Shown here: positions 49,823 to 61,603 of the stretch, piece after piece
How the letters are laid out: every line of letters begins with the position of its first letter
Position numbering within the stretch: the first letter of the stretch is position 1
Source: Tubulanus polymorphus
Taxonomy: Eukaryota > Animalia > Nemertea
Assembly: GCF_964204645.1 (NCBI RefSeq)
Contig: NC_134026.1
Location: 27,314,150-27,378,149 of the forward strand
DNA: 64,000 nucleotides
Direction: 5' to 3'
Notes under the pieces: model-generated
The model's database searches: none
What the model saw: the letters and a program-made list of their open reading frames with translations, nothing else
What the model was told of the DNA's origin: nothing
Position numbers and translations under genes: made by a program

Positions 49823-50704
49823 ATGTCGAAATATAATTGGAACACGTATATATTCATTGTACTTTTCACAGCTGTGTGTTTTCATACAGGTAGGAAGAGT
49901 TAACATTTACATCTATTCTACTCAATGCACGGGAATGTTTTTAGTTTAAAAATCTTGTTACAGTATTCTGCCAACGATGGGGCCAATCGAATGATGATTC
50001 TGAAGGTATGTAGACCTGACTGGCCCTTAAAAACATCTTAAATGCAAGTACCCGAAACTGATTTTAAAGTATCAAGTATTTTCATAGAGGATTCCGGATT
50101 GTGGTGCAAAGGTCGCAGTTGGCGACGGCGAGATTTGAAATGCAGGACAGCAATTACCGAGAATAGAACGACTTGTATTGAAATCGCAAAAATATGTGAT
50201 AACTCAACAGATTGTGCTGATGGTTCCGACGAGGACTTGAAATGGGCGCCTTGCAAACTTGGAATAAACGCTCGTATTGAAGCAGCAAAGAACAGGAGTA
50301 AGTTGGATTCCTACTTCGTTGATGGAATAGAGTCTTAGACGAGGTTGAAAAAACGATATTATGAATCCATTGGTATTTTTCTTAAATTGATAGAAGTTTA
50401 GATGGTTTCGGGTTTTTTTTCAGGAAATATGTACATCATCGGAGGTGTTTTAGGAGGTCTATTTGGGGGAATACTGATCGGGGCGATTATCTGTGTCGTT
50501 CGGCATCGCCATTCATTGGCTAAACAAGTAGAAGGCGTTGATTATCCAGATTTTGCTGCTGCCTGGTTTGGGGAAGACATCGAGTATGAAGAAAAACCAA
50601 AATCCACAAACGAAGTGGCCAAAAAAGAATCGGGCGACAAAGAAGACAAGTCAGACTGCGTTGCGAAAATGGACACGTCTGAACCAAATCAATGCAAATA
50701 CTAA
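49823..50704 (+). CDS. Single LDL-receptor class A domain type I membrane protein, copy A
   Basis: Exons 49823-49889 (signal peptide MSKYNWNTYIFIVLFTAVCFHT), 49964-50005, 50088-50297 (6-Cys LDLa, CDNSTDCADGSDE), 50424-50704 (TM IIGGVLGGLFGGILIGAIICVV, tail DYPDFAAAWFG); all introns phase 1. Confidence 0.88.
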
Positions 50705-51123
50705 ATCGCCACAAAAAAATCTCTCACGAAACTTCAATTCTATGCACCAAGAAAAAATCTTATTTCAATTTCTTTGATCAGCAGCTACAAATTGACAACA
50801 TTTTCTAATGAATTTTGATATAGGTTTTATATCTCATCTCTGTACGTATATATGTATTCACAGACATTTATTCGTGGCGCGTTTTGAATTTCCTGTACGA
50901 CATGAAAGGCCACGAGTAACGTTGCACCTTATCATTAAACACAACAATTTTTTTAATGTAGCCAAAATAGTTAGATTTGAAAAAGAATACGTTTGTTCGT
51001 GTCGCGGGTGTGGTACGCAAAATACTCTTTGAATAATCCGAAAGATGATGGAACTAGTACGTACACGCCGAACAAAACAGTTGTTTTTTGTTTAGTGATG
51101 TCGACAGCTTCAAAATATCACTC

Positions 51124-53607
51124 ATGTTGAATACGAATATATTTCTCATATTGACCATCTTGTGTCTCATATCATGCCAGGCAGGTAAGTTTTAGCCAAT
51201 TAGTTATATAGTTCATTTTGATAGTTCATCCACTTCTTTAAAATGTCGACCGGTTTAATTTGTTACAGTATACTGTGGAAGTCCATGGGGCAAACCTGTC
51301 AAACGAGATCCCGCTCGTAAGTACCGTAGTAGTTTCCATTTTCATATAAGAGGAATTTTTTTATGTGCAAGAGCCAAAGGTGTGAATCATTGGGCGGGGA
51401 TTTTTGGATTTTTGAATTTCTGAGAATTAGAGTTTAGAGATTAGTAATTTTAGATTCAACGCTCGATAGGCCTACAAAATGCTGAATTCATCGGTTCAGC
51501 ATCAGTAGGCTATCGATCGGTAAATGTATCTATTTTCAATAGCAAGTAACACCGTTAGATTTCTCGCGAATCTCGGATTTATTGGGACTATCTCGGGACC
51601 ATCCATGTTTTCGTTTGAGAAAGTTGGCTCGGAGTTTAATTGGCGAAAATGGTTGGTTAGGTCGTTGGTATTTGCTAAGCAGGGAGAACGGTCTCTGTTC
51701 TTAAAAAGTGTCCATAAATCTCTAGGGTTAGACTTTTTTTAGGTTCTGTGCGTTTGTTTAGTTGACATATAGAGTTTTGGTTGTCGTTTGTAACAGAGGT
51801 TTCTTAGAGTCGAAATAAAAGGCGATTTAATCTGGCTTATATTTTCTTTTGTTTTATGTTTAGCATAGCGCCGCTTGGCTTGGTGGTGATTCCTTTACAT
51901 TGTTTGCTTTTACCACTGAGATTAGATTTGGGTTTAACGTTGTCGTTTTAGGGGTAGGCCTAGTATTTGTAATTCCAATAATATTTGTAGCTGCAATTTT
52001 TAAACGGTCACAAATGAGATTATTTTCCTGGTTTGCATCTATTTGCCGGTTCTAAGGTTATCGCTCATAAGTCAATAGATTCAGTTTCACGTGAATATAC
52101 GTTGACTTAGTTTGGGCATGGACGTATATAAACTATCTAGTTAATACGTCCATGGTTTGAGTACGGTGCGAATAGGACGATCGGACGTGGCCCGTTCAAA
52201 ATTACGGGAATCTGCGAATATTTGAAATGGATCCGGTAGATCAAAGTGATCATGTAGCCAACAATATGACAGTTTGTCCCTTTTTAAACAAGTAAATTCA
52301 CCGACAAGTCTTTCATAGCCAATCCCACACCGTTTACTTCTCTTTCTAAATTCAAGAAGCCTTCGACTATAATCATTTACACTTTGGTCCTTATTATATC
52401 TAGTTAGAAAATATTACTATGAAATCATCGTTGTTATTTGGGGAAATCTAAATGTCTTTTTTTTGTTTTTGTATGAGCGTTTTGGTCGCCACACATGAAA
52501 ATCTGGTTGCCTAATATTGTCTAACTCGTTAAAAAGGTTACATCGCCATAATCACTTGTTTCACTGCTAACGTAAATGCCACAACAAAATTTTTTCATGG
52601 TGAAACATCGGTCTAGTGTCACCTTGTCACACATATTGTTAAGATCATATCGTAATCTGTTTTTCAAACTTAATGATTTTTCATCATGACTCCGCAATGA
52701 AAATTATTTGATATGAAAAATAGATCATTTTAGTGATATTTGTGACATAGTTCGACACAAAGGCTTACTCTATTGGAGCCCAAGTTTTTAACACTGCGAG
52801 GTCGCACCAATATTCCGCGGCCCTGCAAAGAAGAATCCGAAAATTGGCACCCTAGATGCATGGGGCAATTTCAATACTGACTAAGAATCAAGCAAGTTTG
52901 GAATCGGCTATTTTGAACGAGAACTACACAAAAATACTAAGAATCCCCTTTTTAAAACCCCTCTTAGGGCCTGAGGCCATGATTTTATGTGTATGAATAT
53001 ATATTGTAGTGGATAATGCTCAGTTATGGTGCCCGAAGAAAACGAGGAGGAGCGGATATAGATTCAAATGTAAAACGCCTGGAGCAAATAACAAGGAGAT
53101 TTGTATTGCATTAGAAAAAGTATGTGATAAAACAACAGATTGCGCTGATGGTTCCGACGAGGATTCAAATTGGGCGCCTTGCAACCTTGCAATAAACGCC
53201 CGTCGTACTAAAGCAAAACGAACGAGTACGTTTGGATTTTTTATTTCGCACGTGTCCTTATGTGAACACCCAGTTGCTCCGTTTCGTAGGATTTAAGTTC
53301 TTATATTTATATTTTAGGGAATATGTACATTATTGGGGGTGTTCTAGGAGGTGTGTTTGGGGGAATATTGGTTGGAGCGATTATCTGCGTTGTTCGGCAT
53401 CGCCATTCATTGGCAAAAGAACAAACAGGGATGGAATACACAGATTACGCAGCCGCATGGTTCGGGATGGATGGTGACGCCGATATTAAAGAAAGTGAAG
53501 AAAAATCTGCAAATGAAGTGGCCAAAAAAGAACCGGACAGTGAAAAATCAAAATGTGCAGCGGAAGTGGACACAACTGCACCAGACCAATACACATGGAA
53601 ATACTAA
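51124..53607 (+). CDS. Single LDL-receptor class A domain type I membrane protein, copy B (tandem paralog)
   Basis: Exons 51124-51184 (signal peptide), 51269-51316, 53010-53225 (CDKTTDCADGSDE), 53318-53607 (near-identical TM, EYTDYAAAWFG); same exon phases as copy A; upstream gggtgtggtac(t/g)caaaata is also duplicated. Confidence 0.88.
51570..52060 (-). mobile_element. Decayed CR1/L2-type LINE ORF2 fragment in intron 2 of LDLa copy B
   Basis: Minus-strand pieces RNHHQAKRRYAKHKTKEN and KSNPRDLWTLFK...NDLTNHFRQLN resemble the EN-RT linker of CR1/L2 ORF2; stops and frameshifts present. Confidence 0.6.
52117..52154. repeat. Short palindromic element
   Basis: catggacgtat-16 nt-atacgtccatg perfect 11-bp stem; a related half copy catggacgtataaactctag is at 5011-5030. 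Confidence 0.7.
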
Positions 53608-54194
53608 ATTCATCAAATCTAAAACATAACAATTTCACCGTGCACCAAAAAATAATTGTATTCAATATTTAATTCTTCAATCAGCTGTAGAAAAATGACC
53701 TAAAGAAGGTTTTTCACTAAATATTCCTAGTTTTGATATTCGTGATATGAAATTAAAGAACAAACACTTTTAACTTGTTTTTTTCTCGCACTTAACATAA
53801 ATGAAGAACGAGACACATGCGTAAATTCATTCGTAAACAGACAGAATACGTAATAGTTATCTATAAATAAGGGTGTGGCTAGAGAGCCTCGAGATATACA
53901 CAATCACATCATCGCAGTTTATATATATGATAGCCAGGTTGCTGAACAAAAGCTTTATCCACATTCAGCTCTTTTCACGTCAACCTTCCAAGCCTACGTT
54001 CGGGTTAAAAATACAAGGTAAGTTTGAAATAATAACGTTGAATCGTTCCTAGATAATTTGATTTGCAGGGTCCGTTGTCTTTCCGATGATGCACCAACTG
54101 TTGCGAGTTCAATCCGTGATTTGTAGTGGTTTTCTTTGCTTTTTGTTGTAGGAATCATCCATGTAGAAATTAGCCAAATAAACAGATATCAATT

Positions 54195-54705
54195 ATGGTG
54201 ATATTTGGTAAGTTCTGAATGTACATGTTAATATGATTAACAATCAATACATAGGCAGTCGATTTTACTCCCGGGAATCAAGCGGAAACTTAGAACCTTA
54301 ACATATACGTAAAATTATATCGTAATACAGCCTGTGTGTCTTGAAGATTCTATATTTCGTTGTCATTTGTTAATCGCTTTTGTAGATGGGCGAGTTTTAC
54401 AGTTTCTTCTCGTGGCTGGTCTAACCACATTATCCTGTGCCATATTCTGTGCATTGCTACACACAGTGAGGATTGCGATCAGAGCTTGCAATGCCGACGC
54501 AGAATCATCGCATGAATCACGTGACCATGAACTCGATGACGATGACGAGGACCCGGGTTTGAATCATCCACGTGTTCGTCCAGAGATTTATGCTACTCAA
54601 CCACCGCCTTATTCGGCCTGGAACACAGCTCAATCGGGTTCGCCATATACTAAAGACTTACCTCCAACATATGACGAAGCCATCAAATACCAGTGGAATT
54701 ACTAA
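54195..54705 (+). CDS. Small single-pass membrane protein with two PY motifs (WW-binding, NEDD4-adaptor-like), ~110 aa
   Basis: Exons 54195-54207 (MVIF) + 54386-54705: TM VLQFLLVAGLTTLSCAIFCALL, acidic patch, QPPPYSA and LPPTYDEAI; upstream TATA-like tctataaata/GGGTGTGG near 53861-53878 and a UTR donor at 54018. Confidence 0.75.
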
Positions 54706-55537
54706 CTTCATTCAATCTCAGGATATGTGCATATATCTGTACAAAGATATCCATAAGTGAACATCCATAATTTTAGCATGATTATAAGAGAATTGACATT
54801 TTGATACCAAACGAAATCTGAACGGTTTAATTCTACAGTTGCTTTAATATAACAGCCTCCCTCGCAGGGATTTGAACCTGATGGCACCGCATCGAGTCAT
54901 GTTCGAGATATAGCATTGTCTTTGACTTCATTTTTAAATCCATACAACGAGATTCGAGAAATCATTTGTTTGCATATACGGTAGTTGTTTAATTGGTTTT
55001 ATATAATCAAATAGTATAGATGTGTATGTTATTTTTTGTCAATGGCTGACGAGTAATATAATTGTTATATGTTTCATATTCACAATGAATTCGTCTTATG
55101 CTGGTGGTATTCATATAGCCGATAATCGTTATTCCAACCCCAAACGTACATTTCTAAATGGATTATATATGGACTAAACGGACATTTCGAAATTCAACAA
55201 ATATAATCTAAATGCCCATAGATTCCGTTTCAAGGGGCCATTGAATAAAATAGGTATGTCCTCTGTCCAAGCTTAAAAGTCACACCGGTTTTATTTAATA
55301 CTGCGCTGACGACCGTGAATCATTAGCATATAGAAAAGAAATGGAATGGAACACTATCTCTGATACAATATGGACAAGAGCTTTTTTATTTCAGCTGATG
55401 ACTGACAGCAAAAACTTAACATCCATTCACAAAAAATTCATAACAATACACAAGTATAAACATACATTCACGAGGAAACCAAAATTACGCGTTATTTGTA
55501 ACACTATTCATACTTGATTCATTTACGTTTAAAATTA

Positions 55538-55691
55538 CAGTTAACCTCGCCCAACTCTGGCAAACTGGGACCAACAAAATATGTCCGCGAAGGTAACCGA
55601 ATTCAGAGTTACGGATAGGAAAATACGTTAGGAAGTCAGAAATATGATTTTGTTTTTGTCACAGTCAAAATCGGAGTAAGGCGAGGTTCTG
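55538..55691. mobile_element. Tc1/mariner (pogo-like) MITE, family A copy 2
   Basis: TA-flanked TIRs cagttaacctcgcc / ggcgaggttctg; internal similarity to 7212-7354. Confidence 0.75.
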
Positions 55692-57895
55692 TATAGGGAA
55701 AAAGCTCGAACTTGGTATCTCGTTTTAATTAGCCAAATTACTGCAATATAACAGGTTTTGTTTTTCATGTGTGGTGACAAGTAGAGGATCTATCATTTAC
55801 TCATTACTTTAAGAATCACTGTTCTCATTATTGAGATAAATATATAATATATAATTAGCTCAAAGAAACAAAATATCAACATATATAACAATATCAAATA
55901 TAAAACAAGAATTACAGAAAATAGGAAGCACAAGTAACGTAAGGTGGGAACGAAAATGATTTTTTGAATAATAAACAGATGAATAGATATTGGATACTTC
56001 GTTTAGAGACTTCTGCGATGAGAACATGATTAAAAATGTGAAATGATAGGAATGAGGATTTACAGAACTTAATGAATATTGTTTGAACCATTGTCTATAC
56101 AAACAATACTACAGTGGATTCGTCCTAAAAACTTAATATCAGTCAACTCAAACTATATTCGATCGTTTTCAAGAAAGACTTTAAATTTCCCTGATTCTCA
56201 ACTCTGTGAAGTATGTAGGTTGCAATGCTTAGGAGTTGACCGTATATTTTCAACAAGCTTACTGTGCCACACCAAAAATCGATTGAAACAAACCCTTTAG
56301 TTCGTGTGAAGATCTGATGATAAAATTCAAAATGTGAAGTAAATAGCTCTTAATATCAGCATTTTTGATTTTGTAACCAGTACACGCGAGTACCGGTACA
56401 TTATATATGTATCAACAAAAAAGAATACTGAAAATCTACTAAGACTGCTGGACTATTGACAAGAACTGCTCAAGTCCTCTACAAAGAATATATACACATT
56501 ATTAGACTTACTGTATAAATTTGAAAGCTGAATTAGTATTTGCATTAACCTCTTATAGATTCTAATAATTAGGGGCCAGTTGATCGAAAGTTGAAAGAAC
56601 TAAACCAGTGGATAACTCAACCAACTTTTGAGCGACTGTCTCCTAAAAGGGAATAATTACATGTATACAGTAAACAAATGATACAATGACAAATCAGGAC
56701 ATGGAAATGGCAGTTGGTATGTATGGTTTTTATGCCTTTATCAATGTATGAGAAACATGAAATGGATTTTTCAGTTAGGACTACCTGGTAAATATATATT
56801 GACATGAAAACCGAAACAAATATTAATTTCCTAGGTAGATCTCCAAAAAGTCCATAGATAAACTACTACATTGTGTACAAAATCATCCCGATTGTATTCA
56901 ATCAAATAAAACAGCTCAAATAGGTTAAAACCCAACAATAAAGAGTACATTAACCAATTCACGAAGTGCCCTGAATATGACCTCAGTATGACTAATACCG
57001 AAGAGTGCAATAACAAGGTTCTCTCATTTTTGTAGGCAAAATAATAGAATCGTTCACTTCACACATATAGAATCAATCAACTAAATTTACATAGCTCATT
57101 GGAAGAAATAATGTAGACGAACAGGTCCATGATACCAGTTATCAAGCCAAATAGGCAAATCTAAAAATGAACTATTCAGTGAACTGATAAGCTAGATAAT
57201 AACCAAATAATGCAAGGGTATCAACTCAATATTAATTAGCTAACCTTTTAAAACATCATTCATTTAAACCACAACCACACAACATACATTATGAATTCAG
57301 AGTTTTTTTTGAATGATTTAAGTTTCATTACATAAAGAGTTTTGTGCAAATGACAACAATCACTATTTGTTGGATTCTCTGTGAACGAAGGTTTAGTCGC
57401 ATCGGTTAAAAATAACCACAAACGTGATGAAAATAGCGAATACCAGTGACAATGGTCGAGATGAGTATCGCACAAAGAATCAAACCGTTTACACATAACT
57501 ACGATAATCCACACTGTGTCCATCTCAATTCTCGAAAACTGTGATTCGTATATATGCAGTGGTGTAGAAACTGCACTCACGTTTGGAAACTCGGAACAAC
57601 GCGACAGTTCATTTATACAGCTTACTCAAAATGTACAGCGCGGACTAGTGGTACTTAGTACAACGGGGGGTAAAAACACCATCGCATCACGACGAGTGTT
57701 ACACTTGAGTAATGTATATATACGCGGTAGAAAATGATGCATCGATGGAATTTCTTTTAGATTCTCTCTCGGTTTAACCACTAGTAAAGGTGAGCGACAT
57801 TAGTTATTGAATTCATAGCGCCAAGTTTAGAATCGGGAAATAAACAGCTATGCCAGCAAAAAATATGATACGTTATCACAACAATGTTTTTTTTT

Positions 57896-60800
57896 TCACT
57901 TGGCCAGATAAGGAAAACCTGGTGCGGCCGGTGACAGTTCAGGATCTGGAGGGGGCACATTCAAAAAGTCCCAAATTAGTATAGTGTCATCATGAGAACT
58001 ACTAACTATTTGGAATTCATCAAACTGCAGACGAAACACACGACCAGAATGTTCCTAAAACAGATGAGAAAATAATTTAAGAATTCTGTCATATATATTG
58101 AACAATTTGATATACAGTATACAACATTATACCATACTTACAACAAGAGTTCTCAAACACAGAGTTCCAGCAGGCGCTCTTGGATCTAAGGCGGCTTGTA
58201 AATCCCATACCTTGATTTTGCTAGATCAATTAGACAAAATTCACCACAATTTCAGCAATATTATTTTTCAGAGATGGATCATTTCGACAAAGCAGAGATT
58301 CAAACTTACCCATCGTACGCTCCACTAACAATTCGTTTGTTGTCAAATCGAATACAACGAACCAACTCCTCATGACCCTCCAAAACTCTTAAACATGCAC
58401 CGCATTCTATATCCCATAATCTGAAATTGATGTCAAATTAATAAAACACAATGCAACTGATAAGATAGAGAGTTCCATAGAAAATCGTAAGTCGACAGTA
58501 ATTCTTACCGAATGGTATTATCTGAACTCCCACTGACAACCAATTTATCGCGATATTGTAAACAGGCAATACCTCGTTTGTGTCCACTAAGTGTCCGTAC
58601 AAACTCACATGATGAAGTGTTCCAAACCTAGAAATAATAATGAATTACAACACACTAGTATTTAAATGACTAGTAACCGATTAATGAAGATGAAAATTCT
58701 GACATTTATGAACGTACCTTTATTGTTCTATCACCTGAGGCTGAAACTATGTATTTCTCATCAAAATCGACAACATTAACAGCAGCTCTATGTCCTAATA
58801 GCACCCTACGAAGATTGATTTCACGGGGAGACTGCATGTCCCATACAGCAATTGACCGATCCTAATATCAAATAAAAATTCACAAGGTCATGAAGTATCC
58901 AATTCTAAGCTTGCGACTAAAATTTTCAAATGTGTCACGATCGATGAGTTTACTCACTTTCGAGCATGTGACCATTATTCCATCACAGAATCGCAAGTGG
59001 AGCACAGCTTCACAATGGTGTATCAGTGTATTCATCATTTCTCCAGTTTTTACATCCCATACCCTACAATTTAATGGTTAAATGCTTTCAATAATAATTT
59101 TCAAATTACGTAACAAATGACCTGCTTCATCAGGTAAATCATCAAAACCACCCGGTAGAATAGTATTACACTGATTCAGCAATAACGCATTCTTCTAATT
59201 ACTTGAGACGCAGCCTAGAATCATACCAGAGGTAAAAATGTTTAGTTTTAGTCCTCTGTAGCGTTTTCACGAAATCTTTTCTTAAAATTTGTTAATTATG
59301 CAACTAATGATCAACAAAAAATTAATTTTCATTGTTTTCTGCAGTCCTTCCAAGATTTAAATACTTGATCATGAAATTCCCATTTTCCCTTCTTTCGCCC
59401 TTCCATTTTTTGCTGAGATTCTTACCGAACTGTAGAATCACTAGACCCTGAAACAATGATATTTTCATCATACTGGAGACAAAGGACGGAGCCGGTATGA
59501 CCTGTGAGTACTTGCACACATTCCAAAGACGAACGGTCCCAAATCTGAAAGAACTGATCAATTTTCAAGATACTTTACTAAAAAGAACTGTTCGACAGAA
59601 TTTCATAAGAAAAGAAAATACAACTTCAATGAATATTCTTATGTGGTTCATATACGGAATTAACTGCAATGCTTCTATCCTTAAAAAGAATAATTGAACC
59701 TCTTTTGCTGAATAAGATCATACAATAATATTTCCGTGCTTAACAAATCCACTGGCAACACAACAATATGAAAATGTGCTTCCAGGAAGAATTTCAATGA
59801 AACTAATAATATTAATTGTGCTTTTACAGAGAAATCTATAGACAATCAATATATGTATATATAATAAACAGTGCAAATGAATCACTACTGAATAGAATTT
59901 TAAGAAACCAACACATTTTACGATTTAATTGCTACCTTTATCGTGTTATCTCGAAGCCCACTGACAATTTTCTGGTCATCATATTGCAAACAATAAACTC
60001 CTTTACTGGTCTCACTACGGCAGTGGATTCTTTGTAATGTATGTCGCCCCATCTTCCAATTTAGTTCAATTTTCTAGATGGATAAGAACAATACGATAAG
60101 ATAAATTTAATACGGATGTATCAAAACTAACACAGCTTCCAGAGACAGATATTTCACTCACTTGAATATCGGATATTATTTGAGGGTATAATTTCCTATA
60201 AAATCTATGATCTTTAGGTGGTTCTCCAGGCTTTGGTCGGAAAAGATATTGAATCCTGTAAACAAGGAGAATTTTAAGTATGGACTCATTGCGTTTAAGT
60301 AAATTCATTAAATTGTATTTCAACCTACCAGCCACGTCTTTCAGCTAAACCTGCCCATAACGAGTCCGTTCGAACCATGTGTTCTATAAGTTTTTTCCAT
60401 AACATACCATCGGAGATCACGCGATGCCATTCTTTACAAACTAATTCAGCAGAACACAGCGACTTTGCGTCCAAATAAGCCAAGATTTTCTCAGCAACAT
60501 GATCGAGTCCTTTTGCTATAAAAATATCAAAGAGTTCATGGTTTAGAGAATGATAAAAAAGACATTATTCAGAAGACCGTGTCTAAAATATACTCACATG
60601 GCAATGCCGATATAAAATCCCTCTGTAGCATCGGTTTCAAAAAGCAATTTATTTGTCCATGTTGATGGTGGCACATCCGTGATAATAAATGTTCAACAAA
60701 TTCGACTTGGTCATTTTCACTCCAAGTATCAAAGTATTTCGTACACATTGATTTTTCATCACTAAAAGTATCTGATGATAACGATTGTTTCTTCATACTC

Positions 60801-61346
60801 CTCACCATAGCGGCACTCTGAGCCTACAAATTATAAATAAATGATCAAGTATCAGGGTTGAAGGTTAGCTTAGGCTTTGGTTACGCTTAGGAAATCTGGG
60901 CTGGCACGCATGAGTCGTTATGATCCTCGGTGAGATACATCAAAAGAAGATCGGAAGAAAGAAGTAAATTGTACTCAAACGTAAATGGTACAATATTCCT
61001 CGCACTTTTTGTTGATTGATTAAGCCTATTTTGCCTCTTTTCTCTATGAAAATTACCTTTAAATCCATCAGTGTTTAATTTCTAGATATATCTCCCTATT
61101 TACTAACATCATTGATGAATCATATGACAACAGCTAGAATATTATTATTATGTGTCACTTCTATAGAATAACTACCTTAGCTTAGCACCCCAAGTAATAC
61201 ATACAAAACAAAATGGCCGACAAATAATGAATGAAATGACAACTTTGAGATTAGTTTTATGAGTAAATACGATACTGTACCCGCTTTTGGTCTGTTCTCT
61301 CGTCTGATATTATATTCGTCTCCATCGACGAATCCAGCGACGTCAT
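57896..61346 (-). CDS. BTRC: beta-TrCP / slimb F-box WD40 protein (FBXW1/FBXW11)
   Basis: Exons 61346-61281, 60823-60598 (D domain), 60515-60329 (F-box), 60255-60162, 60073-59936, 59544-59426, 59063-58958, 58861-58718, 58627-58509, 58420-58310, 58220-58142, 58054-57896. [65 protein letters not shown]. Confidence 0.97.
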
Positions 61347-61603
61347 TTTTACGGAGGATTCGACGCAGAATAAACGAAAGTCTAAGCGAATGTAGAGCTC
61401 AATGTATGAGCTGGAATTGTCAATCCGAGAAATCGTGACGTCACGTTCTCGAAATATTTCATCAATTATTTTTCAAAAAAGTGATACAAGAGTATAAGAT
61501 ACAATGGTCAATCGGTCATATCTATAATTCTAAAATAATCTTTTTCGAGTGAAAGTGCTCAAATAGTCCAATTACGGTGAAGGTCATGGTCATGATTTTA
61601 AAA
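61347..61603. promoter_or_regulatory. Compact bidirectional promoter beta-TrCP/RPP30 with a CRE palindrome
   Basis: Divergent ATGs 257 bp apart; perfect palindrome cgtgacgtcacg at 61434-61445; YY1-like aaaatggccgc at the RPP30 start. Confidence 0.75.
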
